From contig CAWGIE010000039.1 of NCBI GenBank assembly GCA_963822585.1, positions 1 to 64,000 of the forward strand: 64,000 nt of DNA, given 5' to 3'. A model generated the notes under the pieces. That model ran no database searches, was not told the origin of the DNA, and was given only the letters and a program-made list of their open reading frames with translations. Position 1 is the first letter of the stretch. Each line of letters begins with the position of its first letter. Source of the stretch: an uncultured bacterium. GTDB taxonomy: Bacteria; Auribacterota; Erginobacteria; Erginobacterales; Erginobacteraceae. This document shows positions 47,533 to 59,012 of the stretch, one piece after another. The position numbers and the translations under genes are program-made.

Positions 47533-47555
47533 TGTTCATTCCTTCCTCACGGTAT

Positions 47556-48206
47556 TTAACGCGGGCCGAAGATCAGCGTCCCGATCCTGACCATGTTGGA
47601 GCCTTCTTCAATCGCCACCCGGTAGGAATTTGTCATCCCCATCGAGAGCAGCCTCATCTCGGTATTTGGAACGGGATTCTCACGCAGTTTTTCGAAAATG
47701 GCGCGAGTCGCCAGGAAGTACGGACGCGCCTCCTCGGGATCACCGGCCAGGGGTCCCATAGTCATCAGCCCCTGGATGACAAGATTCGGCAGGGTGGAGA
47801 TCCGGCTAACCAGTTCTCCCGTATCTTCCGGCATGACCCCGGCCTTCTGGGGTTCCCGGCCGCTGTTGATCTCGATCAATACCGGCATCACTTTCCCGAT
47901 TCCCGCGCACCGCTTGTCTATCTCCCGGGCCAGATGCAGCGAGTCGACGGTCTGGATCATATCGGCGATCTCTACTATCTTTCTGACCTTATTGGTCTGG
48001 AGATGCCCGATAAAATGCCACTGGGCCTGATCCGGGACGGCTTCATGTATTGCCTGCATTTCCTGCACATAGTTTTCCCCGATCAGGGTTACCCCGGCCC
48101 GGATGGCCTCCGATATCTCCCGGGACGTCCGGGTCTTGGCCGCCGCGACCAGTGAGACCCCTTCCGGGATCTCATCGAGTAATCTTTTCACCCTTTCATA
48201 GATCAT
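47556..48206 (-). CDS. yggS: YggS family PLP-binding protein
   Basis: GENYVQE, WHFIGHLQTNK, GLMTM, LSMGM and VRIGT.IFG motifs. Confidence 0.95.
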   Translation of the reverse strand: MIYERVKRLLDEIPEGVSLVAAAKTRTSREISEAIRAGVTLIGENYVQEMQAIHEAVPDQAQWHFIGHLQTNKVRKIVEIADMIQTVDSLHLAREIDKRCAGIGKVMPVLIEINSGREPQKAGVMPEDTGELVSRISTLPNLVIQGLMTMGPLAGDPEEARPYFLATRAIFEKLRENPVPNTEMRLLSMGMTNSYRVAIEEGSNMVRIGTLIFGPR

Positions 48207-48337
48207 AAATCTGCCCGCGCAGTCTACCACGCCTCCGTCCCGAGGTTGTAATCGGGATAAAATCGGGGCTCATAAATATATTTTTGGAACCATGATGATC
48301 GGGAGAATTGAGAGACAGCCATGCCGCGTCAAGAGAT

Positions 48338-49432
48338 CTACCGTGCCGGATATTGATCGAAAAGCCTTCCCCAGGGGGACTCTTTCAGCCAACGGTCGAC
48401 TACCTTCTTCCCCCGCACCGGGTACCAGAAATGGTCGTGATAATATTCGCTGGCGAAAATAAAGAGATTGACCAGAGGGGTCCGGAAAAATAGCTTCTGA
48501 AAAATCCTCAGCGGGCTCCGCCAGAGGAGCATGCCGGTCCCGGTACCCAGGTTGACACCGACTTTAAATCCCCAGCTTTCTTCCGCCAGTTCCGGCATTC
48601 CCACGATTTCGATCTCCCGCGGATCACCCTGGCCGAGACCGCGGGCAGTCGCATGATTGATGTATCGGATTGACATCGGATCGAAGCCCATGATCTTTGC
48701 CGAGACCGCGTCAATGGCGACCTGATCGGCCGAGGCCAGGATGACGTCTTTCTGATAGGGGACCAGTGTTCTCGGCCCGGGCCCGGAACCGGCGGTGGTA
48801 CCGTCCATGGTGCAGAAAATGCCGGGATGGATTTCCCGCTGAATAGCCAGCAGATCGACAATAGTGTCGTGGATCCAGGTGTGGGTATAGTGACGATGGA
48901 CATTGAGAAGCCCCCCGAAGGCATTTTTAAGGGCGCCGGTGGTAACCGTGTACGAGTGAGTTTTTACGGTCGGCAGATGGACGATATTCTTCCCCAGGAA
49001 ATAGTCGGGGAGATAAATACCTTCCGGGAATATCCTGTCCAACACCGCCATCTTCGCCCGGGGGTGATACGGTACCCACTTCATATCTTCGTCTTTGAAG
49101 TTATACTTCACCGGGATGCCGTACTTCGTGAGGATGGGGCCGAATTTGTTATACCGGTCGCCCAGGTCGGCGATGGTGACCACGGTCTTGTTATGAACAT
49201 CAACCAGGTTCTCGAAGCCCGCCCCCTTCAAGGCCAGGATGGTGCCCTCCAGTTGCCAGGGGGTGGTATTAGCCCCCGGAAAAAGCAAATGCCAACTGAT
49301 ATTGTCCTTGAGGATCGTAATTGCCGACGGATCCAGGCTTTCTTTCAGCCCGGCCAGATCGCAGAGGCGGACGTAATCATCCAGAACCGTATCGGGGCGA
49401 GTTCTGATAATGGCAACTTTGGATTTACTCAT
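48338..49432 (-). CDS. DUF362 domain protein
   Basis: ILKDN, LPTVKTH, TGALKN.FG and D.VAIDA...MG motifs. Confidence 0.8.
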   Translation of the reverse strand: MSKSKVAIIRTRPDTVLDDYVRLCDLAGLKESLDPSAITILKDNISWHLLFPGANTTPWQLEGTILALKGAGFENLVDVHNKTVVTIADLGDRYNKFGPILTKYGIPVKYNFKDEDMKWVPYHPRAKMAVLDRIFPEGIYLPDYFLGKNIVHLPTVKTHSYTVTTGALKNAFGGLLNVHRHYTHTWIHDTIVDLLAIQREIHPGIFCTMDGTTAGSGPGPRTLVPYQKDVILASADQVAIDAVSAKIMGFDPMSIRYINHATARGLGQGDPREIEIVGMPELAEESWGFKVGVNLGTGTGMLLWRSPLRIFQKLFFRTPLVNLFIFASEYYHDHFWYPVRGKKVVDRWLKESPWGRLFDQYPAR

Positions 49433-49480
49433 CTATTCAACTCCCTTTCCCAGGATTTAGTTCCCCTTACACTGCACGTC

Positions 49481-49596
49481 GCGCCGAAGCCGCTAACCTG
49501 CTGTTTCGGAATTTCAATAAATCGGGCCGACACAGCGGTCGGCCCCTACGTAGGGGAGGGCCGCCGTGCCCTCCCTCAGTTGCGAAGCTAAGTTCT
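49481..49596. repeat. 116-bp GTAG-REP doublet element, second copy
   Basis: Direct repeat of 27261-27376. Confidence 0.9.
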
Positions 49597-49781
49597 AATA
49601 TTAGTCTTCTTTGACCTTGATTATCGTTCAAAATATATATCATTAGCAAGCTTGTTTATTCGCCGATAACTTTATGCTTTTTCTTCACCGGAATAATCAA
49701 CACCCTTCCCCGCCGCTGTTCTTATTAATCCCGCAATCGTTCAAAACTAACCAGGAGCCTGTCCGAGTAACGGTTCCTTGA

Positions 49782-50846
49782 TTATGAGGTCAAAGCGGCA
49801 CAGGCGGCGAATCTTTCCTTGTCGAAGGCCTTCATATAGGCCTCGTGTCCGGTGATCAGCTTCGCCTCAAAAAGCCGGGCGATGGAATCATCCATCGTCT
49901 GCATCCCCTGATCAGCGCCGACCTGTATGATGTTCTTGATCTTGGTGATCGTCCCTTCCCGGATAATGTTCGCCAGCGCCGGAGTGCTGACCAGAAGCTC
50001 CACCGCCACGCAGCGGCCTTTACCGTCGGCGCGCTTGCAGAGGGTCTGGGAACAAACACCCTTCAGCGAGTCCGCCAGCATCGACTTCACCGCCGAGCGC
50101 TGGGCAATAGGGAAAACATCTATGATCCGATCGATGGTCTTCGACGCCGAATTGGTATGGAGAGTCCCGAACACCAATAGCCCCCTTTCCGCCGCGCTGA
50201 TGGCCAGACTGATGGTCTCCAGATCGCGCATCTCCCCCACCAGAATCACGTCAATATCCTGCCGGGGGGCGATACGAAGTCCTTCGGCGAAGGTATTGAC
50301 GTCAATCCCCACCTCTCTCTGGACGATGACCGACCTCTTGATCGGATGAACAAACTCGATCGGCTCTTCGATGGTCAGGATATGCCTGTCCTGATGGCTG
50401 TTGATCAGATCGATCAGGGCCGCCAGGGTGGTGGACTTGCCGCTTCCGGTCGGGCCGGTCACCAACACCAGCCCGTTCTGAAGTTCGACGAAACAGTTCA
50501 CCGCGGGAGGAATCCCCAGCTTATCAAGGGGGATAATCTCACTGGGGATGACCCGGAAGACGGAACCCATCCCCTGGAGAGACTGAAAATAATTGGCCCG
50601 GAATCGGGCCAGATCTTCAAGGGCGTAGGCGAAATCCAGATCGCCGGAGGCGATAAATTTTTCCCAGCGGAGGGGCTCGCAGATCTCCCTCATGTAATCC
50701 TCGATCTCACCCGCGGGAAGCGGGGGGAGTGCGAGCGGCTCGATCCGGCCATGGACGCGGATTTTAGGGGGCTGGCCGGTCGCCAGGTGCAGATCGGAAC
50801 CGGATCGCTCGATCAGGATTTTAAAAAGAGTATCGATCTTGGCCAT
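49782..50846 (-). CDS. pilT: PilT/PilU family retraction ATPase
   Basis: SDLHL, GPTGSGKSTT, TIEEPIEF, VGEMRD, GTLHT and GMQTMD motifs. Confidence 0.92.
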   Translation of the reverse strand: MAKIDTLFKILIERSGSDLHLATGQPPKIRVHGRIEPLALPPLPAGEIEDYMREICEPLRWEKFIASGDLDFAYALEDLARFRANYFQSLQGMGSVFRVIPSEIIPLDKLGIPPAVNCFVELQNGLVLVTGPTGSGKSTTLAALIDLINSHQDRHILTIEEPIEFVHPIKRSVIVQREVGIDVNTFAEGLRIAPRQDIDVILVGEMRDLETISLAISAAERGLLVFGTLHTNSASKTIDRIIDVFPIAQRSAVKSMLADSLKGVCSQTLCKRADGKGRCVAVELLVSTPALANIIREGTITKIKNIIQVGADQGMQTMDDSIARLFEAKLITGHEAYMKAFDKERFAACAALTS

Positions 50847-50850
50847 CGGA

Positions 50851-51960
50851 TTATTTAAACCTGTTTTTATCAACCGCCCGCTTGCGGGCTTCCTCGCGAT
50901 CGATCTTGCCGGCGCTCACCAGATCGGCCAGGGAGTCGTCCATCAGACACATCCCCTGGGCACGGCCGATTTGAATCTCCGAGGTCAGCAGGTAGCCCTG
51001 GTTTTCCCTGATTAAATTCGCGATCCCCGGATTGGAGAAGAGAATTTCCAGGGACGGATAGCTGGCCGTTCCGTCTTTCGATGGGATCAGGTACTGACAG
51101 ATGATACCCCGGAGAGACTCCGCCACCATCATCCGGATTTGAGTCTGCTGTTCAGGGGGAAAGGCATCGATCAACGCGCTTATCGTCCGGGTGGCCGAGG
51201 TGGTGTGAATGCTGCTGAGAACCAGGTGACCGGTCTCGGCGGCCGTAATCGCCATTGACATTGTCTCCAGGTCCCGCATCTCCCCCACCATGATGATGTC
51301 CGGGTCCTCCCGAAGCGCGGCCCGGAGGGCGGCACCGAATGAGCCGGTGTGCAATCCCACCTCCCGCTGGGTGACCTGGCATTTTTTAGGGGGTACGATG
51401 TACTCGATCGGATCCTCGACCGTTATGATGTGATCCTGTCTGGTCTGATTGATTCTATCCAGCAGGGCGGCCAGCGTGGAGGTCTTCCCGGAACCGGCCG
51501 GGCCGCCCACCAGGACCAGGCCCTGCTGATATTCGGTAAGACGGCCGAGTTCATCGGGGAGATCGAGTTCTTTAAACGATTTTACTTTTTTATTGACCAC
51601 CCGGAAAGCACCGTCCCAGCCCAGCCGATGATGAATAATAATCCCCCGATAACGGCCGCCTGCTTCATCGATCAGCAGGATTTCCAGGTTGAGTTCCTTC
51701 CGGAGATGTTTTTTCTCTTCCTCGGTCAATACGCCGAAGAGGAGGGCCTGGGTTTCGTCGGCGGTGAGCGCTAAATTGGCAAAACGCAAGCTGCCGTTCA
51801 AACGGAGAAAAACCGGTCTCCCCACACTGACATGGAGATCGGAGGCGCCAAGAGCGCGGGCCTTGGCGAGGAGATCAACAAGCACTTTGCCTTTTGCGAT
51901 CTTGCCGGGCAAGCCTGACCGCTCTTCCCCGGGAGAGATTATATTAATACGTTCGGTCAT
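50851..51960 (-). CDS. PilT/PilU family ATPase, second paralog
   Basis: ASDLH, GPAGSGKTST, TVEDPIEY, ALREDPD..GEMRD and AETGH motifs. Confidence 0.92.
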   Translation of the reverse strand: MTERINIISPGEERSGLPGKIAKGKVLVDLLAKARALGASDLHVSVGRPVFLRLNGSLRFANLALTADETQALLFGVLTEEEKKHLRKELNLEILLIDEAGGRYRGIIIHHRLGWDGAFRVVNKKVKSFKELDLPDELGRLTEYQQGLVLVGGPAGSGKTSTLAALLDRINQTRQDHIITVEDPIEYIVPPKKCQVTQREVGLHTGSFGAALRAALREDPDIIMVGEMRDLETMSMAITAAETGHLVLSSIHTTSATRTISALIDAFPPEQQTQIRMMVAESLRGIICQYLIPSKDGTASYPSLEILFSNPGIANLIRENQGYLLTSEIQIGRAQGMCLMDDSLADLVSAGKIDREEARKRAVDKNRFK

Positions 51961-52132
51961 CAGTTCATCATTTCCTGCCGCGTCCTGTGGACCATGTGAA
52001 GAGGATAACACTCAGAAAAATACTTGTCAAATCAGACCGGCGGCCGGACGAAGGGAAAAGAGAGCAAATAGCTCATGGAACCCGTTATGCCCCATTGAAT
52101 TGCGGGATAATGGGGGTTTTCCTTTGTATTGC

Positions 52133-52161
52133 TTGACAATCAACTCAGCGTCGTTTATGTT
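52133..52161 (+). promoter_or_regulatory. Sigma70-like promoter for the protease gene
   Basis: TTGACA-17 bp-TATGTT. Confidence 0.55.
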
Positions 52162-52271
52162 AGAGGTGGGATAGTGAGTCTTGTGAAAAAAATGCACTGT
52201 TCGCAATGCGGCCATGTGCCCCCGGTTGAACCAACCGGGGGCGCGTATAAAACGATACAATGAGCCGGCGC

Positions 52272-55127
52272 ATGAGGCCACTGACGCTTTTAACTTTCAT
52301 TCTTCTCCTCCCGGCGCGCTTCGCCGCCGGGCAGGATCCCCTCCCCTTCGAACCGGACGATACCCTGGAAGAGATCCGTTACAAGATCGATTACAACGGC
52401 TATTCCTTCGAGGTCGCCGACAACTGGGTCTTTTCCATGTCACCGGAAGAAAAATCCCGGTTCTTCAGCCGCCGGGCTCCCGTTTTTCCCCGGGCGATGG
52501 CGGACGGAGCCGGGATCGGACCCCTCGGCAGCCGCCTGGAGTCGGTCGACCTCCCGGAGAAGTTCGACTGGCGGGACTATAACGGGCACGCCTACATCGG
52601 GGATATCCGGGACCAGGGAAGCTGCGGTTCCTGCTACGCCTTTGGGGCCTGCGCCGCTGCCGAGGGGACCTATAACTGGGCGACGGGGAAGTTCGATACC
52701 AACTGCGCCGACTTTTCCGAGTCCTACATCATCTGGTGTCTGGGGAGACTTCCCGCTTACAGTTCGGACTTCTTCGGCTGTGACGGAGCCTCCTACGCCT
52801 ATATGGAGCTTGAAGCATTGACGAAGGAAGGCGTGGGCAACGAATCTGACTTTCCCTACACGATCAGCGATCCGGGCTCCTGCACCCACTGGGGCAATCA
52901 GACAACCGCCTTCCAGGAGTGGCATCGGATACCATGCGGCGATATCGACGCCATCAAGACCGCGATCATGACCTACGGCGTGGTTGATGCGGCGGTCCTA
53001 GCCGAGGATGTTTTCTCAGCCTACGACAGCGGCATCTACGAGGACAGCAACACTTCCTGCAACGGCACTCCGTGCTCCTATACCACCACCAACCACGCCA
53101 TCGCGCTGGTCGGCTGGGACGACTCTCCGCCGGAAGGCGGGGGCGGATGCTGGATCCTCCGCAACTCCTGGGGGGATTCCTGGGGGGAGAACGGATACAT
53201 GCGGATCCGCTACACCTCCGCCGCCGTCGCCTGCGCGGTCTGTTACCTGGTCTATGCGCCCCCAACGTCCCCCACCCCCACGCCGGTCGGATATTCAACC
53301 CCCACCCCCCGCCACCGAGACCCCCACTCCGGAGGGTTTCCAGACTCCGACTCCCACGCCAACCCCCCGCCACACCTCCACCCGCTCCTCAGGCGATCCC
53401 TTTTTCGGAGAGTTTTGAAGGAACATGGATCGGGGGCGCGCCGGTCGGCTGGACTCGAGAATTCATCACCGGATCCAACGACTGGCTCCAGGGTGAAGGA
53501 CGCGACGGCGGCTAAATCCTCTGGGCGCCCATAGAGGCACAATATAATGCCCATTTTTTACTACGGAGAATATTCAACCGAATCCACCCGCCTCATTTCC
53601 CCCCGGTAGACTTCGGGCCAGACCAATAACCAACCCTGACCTTCTGGCTGGCCAGGAAGAGGTCCCCAGGCCATGACAGGATGTCACTCTACTATCGTGT
53701 CACCGCCGGCGGGGAATGAACCTGCTCACCCATTATCCCGATCCGTCGTCGCTGGACCCAGCGGACTATCGCCCTACCGGACCCATGCTCCGCTTATTGG
53801 ATCTCTTTTGTAGGAACCACCGCATACGGATGGGGCGTCTGATCGACGACCTGCTGATCACCGGGCATGCTTATTCTTCCACGCCACCGACGGCGGCAGT
53901 AACCCCGACACCGTTTGAAACCCCGCCGGCGACATCGACACCCCCGTCCGAAACGGGCCCTCCCACGCCACCCGCGGGGACGCCGCAACCATCCGCAACA
54001 CCACCGCCTCCAACACCGGTGCCCACCTGCTCGGTCTCTTGCTCCTACCGGGTTTCCGGAGGGTCATTGACCATGACACGGCACCCCCGTCCCCGTGCCG
54101 ATGTCTGGCTCGAGTCCTCGATTATGACATAACACCGGTATATACCAGCGGAGCCGACGGCGCTTACTCGATCTTCACTTATGATCCTCATGCTCCCGGT
54201 ATTCGTACTGGCCCGGGCCGAGCATCCCGACTATCTCCCCGGAAACACGGCCGCCCAGTGGCCCGCGATACCGAGATCTCCGGGGTCGAGATCGAACTCG
54301 CAAGAGCTCCTTCCGCCACACCGACACCCCAACCACCAGACACCCCCCCCCACCCCGACCTGCGGCCCCCCCGCGGAACGGCCGGAGTTTCTCCTCCAGG
54401 CCGGGGATTATAACGGCGACGGGAGCGCCGACATCGCCATCTTTCGGGGATCCGCGGTCTCTGGGCGATCCGGGAGTTGACCCAGACTTATTTCGGGGGC
54501 GCGCTATCTACCCGTCACCGGGGACTACACCGGAGACGGGACCACCAATATCGCTATCTTCCGTCCCACCGCCGGCCTCTGGGCGCTGCGGGGGGTCTCC
54601 CGGATCTATTACGGCCTTCCCGGTGATTACCCGGCCCCCGCCGATTATGACGGAAACGGGATCGCCAACGTCTGCATCTTCCGCCCCAGGCCGGTGTCTG
54701 GTCGGCCCGTGGCGTCACCCGAACCTATTCCGGCGCTGCCGGGGACAAGCCCGTCCCCGGCGATTACGAAGGCTCCGGGACCTCCGCCATCGGCATCTTC
54801 AGACCTTCATCCGGGACCTGGGTGGTTCGCGGCGTCACCCGGATCTATTTCGGCGGGTTCGACGACTGGCCGCCCCCCCGCGACTACAACGGCGATGGGG
54901 CATTTCAGGCCGCCGTCTTCTGTTCCCGGTCATCCGGACTCTGGGCGATCCGGGGCGTCACCCGTTTCTATTTCGGGAGGTGCGCCGATTACCCTCTCCG
55001 GGCCGATTTCAACGGTAACGGCCCCGCCGAACCCGGCGTTTTCCGCCAGCACCTCGGCTTCTGGACTGTCCGGGGGATCACCCGGGCCTATTTCGGTGCG
55101 GTCAACGATCTGCCGGTGACACGGTAA
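52272..55127 (+). CDS. Secreted papain-family (C1A) cysteine protease + Pro/Thr linkers + jelly-roll adhesin-like domain + six-repeat C-terminal module; many frameshifts after ~53310
   Basis: Signal peptide; QGSCGSCYAF, NHAI and RNSWG catalytic motifs. Downstream fragments FSESFEG..PVGW ... IDDLLITG and DYNGDG repeats ending DLPVTR* at 55127. Confidence 0.75.
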
Positions 55128-55640
55128 ACCTCTGTCCGCATTGCTCCATTCATCCGTGTACTGGTGGGATGTTCAAGCCACAGCGGAAATACACCTATCC
55201 TCCCCGGCATGAGTTCCCCGGCATACTATTTCAAATCAGCAACACCGTGTACGGATTCGCAACATGTCGCATCCTTGCCATAGTGAAGAACAGATGCCCG
55301 ATGTAACCATAAGTCCTTTATTAATATGAGATTATAAAAAAGTGGAGTCCCCGGGTGTCTCCTGGCATTAATTCTGCATATAAAAACTGGCATCCGGTAA
55401 TCAAGTTTAGTATATTGCCTGATGGAATTTTTCAGCTTATCCGGTAACACCGGGAGGGATCACCATGCAAAAATCAATCTTCGTCCCGATCACCGCTCAC
55501 CTCTTCTTTTTTGTTATCCAGCCGGTACCGGGCGCCGTTTGATCCGGATAAATTTACCGAATCTAAGATGTGGCAGCCGGCTTTATTATGAAATGCAATA
55601 AATAAATGAAAAGTGTAACAACTGGTTGGAGGAGGAGTTC

Positions 55641-58600
55641 ATGAAATTATTCTATCTGATTTTTCTGGCTTTTGTCCTTTCGGCGGCAGGCACCGGGGTA
55701 ACGTGGGGGGCACAGTGGACGCTCTCGACCCAGGCCGCCAATACCCAGAGCGCCATCACTGTGGCGGACGGACGGAATGTCTGGAGCGTGGAGGGGGGGA
55801 GTTCCCTGACGAATACGGGCGAAATCATTCATTATAACGGCTCGGAGTGGTCAGTTCAGACCACGACCTTCGCCACCGAGACCGGCCGGTTCCGGGGGGC
55901 CTACGCTTACGACGAACGCCATGTCTGGGTGGTCGGCAATACCGATAACGGCGACAACGACGGACTGGTTTATTTTTATGACGGGGGGGATTGGTGCTCT
56001 GCAGACGCAGATCGTCACCGCCTCCTCGTGTTATCTGTACGATGCCTTCTCTCCGGGACGGCGAAATCTGGTTGGGTCAGCGCCTATGCCGGGGAGATTT
56101 ACCACTCGTCTGATGGAGGAGCCACCTGGTCACTAGATACCGACATCGCAACCAATATATGGAACACCGTGCACGGGACTGATGCCTCCCACGTCTGGGC
56201 GGCCGGCGGATGGTCGGGAACCGGCCGGATCGTCTTTTATGACGGCGGCGACTGGACAATTCAGACCGAAGTGTCCCTGGGCTCAGGCAACTATTTTCGG
56301 GGACGTCTTTGCCGTCGACAACGATGACGTCTGGGCAATCGGGGACGCCGGGATCGTCCTCCATTACACGGGGGGGGCCTGGGAGTTCTCCACCGACCTG
56401 GGCGAGAACAGCGACCAAGCCCAGATCACCGCTCTCGGTGACGACCGGGTCTGGGCGGGGATGGACGGCGCCGACGCTGGAATCTATTTCAACGGGGGGG
56501 ACGGCTGGGTCGTCCAGGACGACGGACTCAACCCGGATTCCCTGGCGGCACGGGGACCGGGGGAACTCTGGGTTGTCTCCGGGCTCACCCACATTTACCG
56601 AAACGACATCGTCTGTGCGATCGATCTCGACTATTCCACTTACCTGGGGGGCAGCGACGCCGACTACGCTTACGGGATCGCCCTGGATAGCGCAGAGAAT
56701 ATCTACCTCACCGGCTACACGAAGTTTTTTCCAATTTCCCCACCAGCAGTCCGTTCCAGGCTTCTTTCGCCGCGGGAAGCGACCAGGACTGCTTTGTGTC
56801 CCGGTTCTCCTCCAGCGGCAGCACACTGCTTTATTCCACCTACCTGGGAGGTTCGGGGAACGACGCGGCGGACGGCATCGACGTCGATACCAATAACCGG
56901 GTCTGCGACGTTACCGGACAGACCTACTCCGCCGACTTCCCCACCAAGAATTATCCCCCCAACATTCTGATCCAGGAGGCTTACGGCGGCAGCGGCGACG
57001 CCTTCGTGACCAAGCTGAACTCGACCGGGCAACTCTATTATTCAACTTATCTGGGAGGGGCGGGAACAGACACCGGAAAATCAATCAGTCTCGACGACGT
57101 ATATAGAGCATACGTCACCGGCGACACACAATCTTCCGACTTCCCGACAGTGGATCCCTATCAGGCCGCTCTGAACGGTACGCGGGACTCCTTCGTCGCC
57201 CGGCTGAGCGCGACCGGATCTGGACTTAACTACTCGACCTATCTGGGGGGCGGGGAGCAGCGACTGGGGAACGGGCGTCACGGTTGACTCCGACCGGAAG
57301 GCCTACCTCACCGGCTACACGTACTCCACGAACTTTCCCACGGCGGGCGACCCCTTTCAGGCGGCTCCGGCCGGGAATATCGAAGGGTTTGTCAGCAAGA
57401 TCGCTTCCACCGGGACCACGCTCGACTACTCCACCTACCTGGGCGGAACGGACAATGACTGGTTCAACGGCATCGCCGTCGGGACCGGGGGCATCGCCTC
57501 GATCATCGGGCGCACCCAGTCCCTCGATTTTCCCACCGTGAACCCCTACCAGGGAGCACCACCTGGAAGCGATGACATCTGCACGGCCCGAATCTCCTGG
57601 GGCTGGCTCATCCCTGATCTTCTCCAGCTATCTTGGCGGCGACGGTTACGACCAGGGGGACGCCATCGCCGACGACGGCAGCGGCGGCCTCTACCTCCTG
57701 GGGCACACTTACTCGGGTAACTTTCCCACCGTGAACCCCTACCAGGCCAGTCTTACTAACAACTGTGACATCTTCCTCACCCGGTTCGATGGGATACAGG
57801 CAGTCACCTACTCCACCTACCTGGGCGGTTCAAGCGCCGATTGCGGCAAGTCCATCACCCTGAACGGCGGGGGGAGACTGCCTGATCGGCGGGTATTCCA
57901 GCTCAACCAACTTCCCGCTTGCCAACCCATACCAGTCGTCGAAAGCGGGCAGCTCCGACGCCATCGTCACCCGACTCTCCTTCAACTGCATCGCTACTAC
58001 GCCGAGCACCACGCCGACACCGAGCGTGACGCCGACGCTGAGCGTGACCCCGACCCCGAGTACCACCCCGACGCCAAGCGCAACCCCGACAACGACACCT
58101 CTGGAGACACCGACTCCGAAACCGACTGCGACGCCCGCGGCGACCCCAACAGCGGCTTCCACGGCAACCCCGACACTGTTACCCGCCCCCCCCGGGATTT
58201 ACGACTATGACGGGGATGGGGTCTCCGATATCGGGATCTTCCGGGGGATCTTCCGGCCTCTGGGCGATCCGGGGGGTCACCCGGGTTTACTTCGGGGCAT
58301 CCACCGATACCGTCGTCCCCGGGGATTACGACGGGGACACGGTCACTGACATTGCGATCTTCCGACCTTCCTCCGGCCTCTGGGCTATCCGCGGCTTCAC
58401 CGGGTTTACTTCGGGAATTCCAGTGACGAACCATTGCCCGGGGATTACAACGGGGACAGGAGCTGGGAGATCGCTGTCTTCCGGAGTTCCTCCGGCCTCT
58501 GGGCTGTCCGGGGGCTGACCCGTCTCTACTACGGTTCCTCCACCGACATCCCGGTCGCGGGGTACGATGACCCCGGCCTGATCAGGGATATCGGAATCTT

Positions 58601-58927
58601 CCGGGACTCTTCCGGTCTCTGGGCCATCCGGGGGATGACCCGCGTTTACTTCGGGACCTCCACCGACGTCACGGTTCCCGGGGACTACGGGGGGACCCGA
58701 AGCTGGGAACCGGCGATCTTCCGGGAGACCTCCGGTCTCTGGGCGGCCCGGGGGGTTACCCGCGCCTACTTCGGCGCCTCCTCCGATCTACCGATACCCG
58801 GCGCTTACTCCGGTGATGGAAAAGACAGCATCGCGATCTTCCGGGGGACTTTTGCGGCCTTTGGGCGATCCGCGGATTTACCCGTGTCTATTACGGGATG
58901 AATGGGGACACAACCATAACAAGATAA
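55641..58927 (+). CDS. Secreted protein: Trp-rich beta-propeller + SBBP repeats + Pro/Thr linker + six-repeat C-terminal module; many frameshifts
   Basis: GGAGGAGG RBS and signal peptide; VW.VG..I..YDG..W repeats, STYLGG repeats and DYDGDG repeats ending TTITR* at 58927. Confidence 0.7.
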
Positions 58928-59012
58928 TCGCTTGCCATTATCCCGTCTCTATTATTAGAATTAGCTGAGTTTCGCCAGGCTGCGATCATAATAAACCTTT
59001 TGAAGGTCATGG

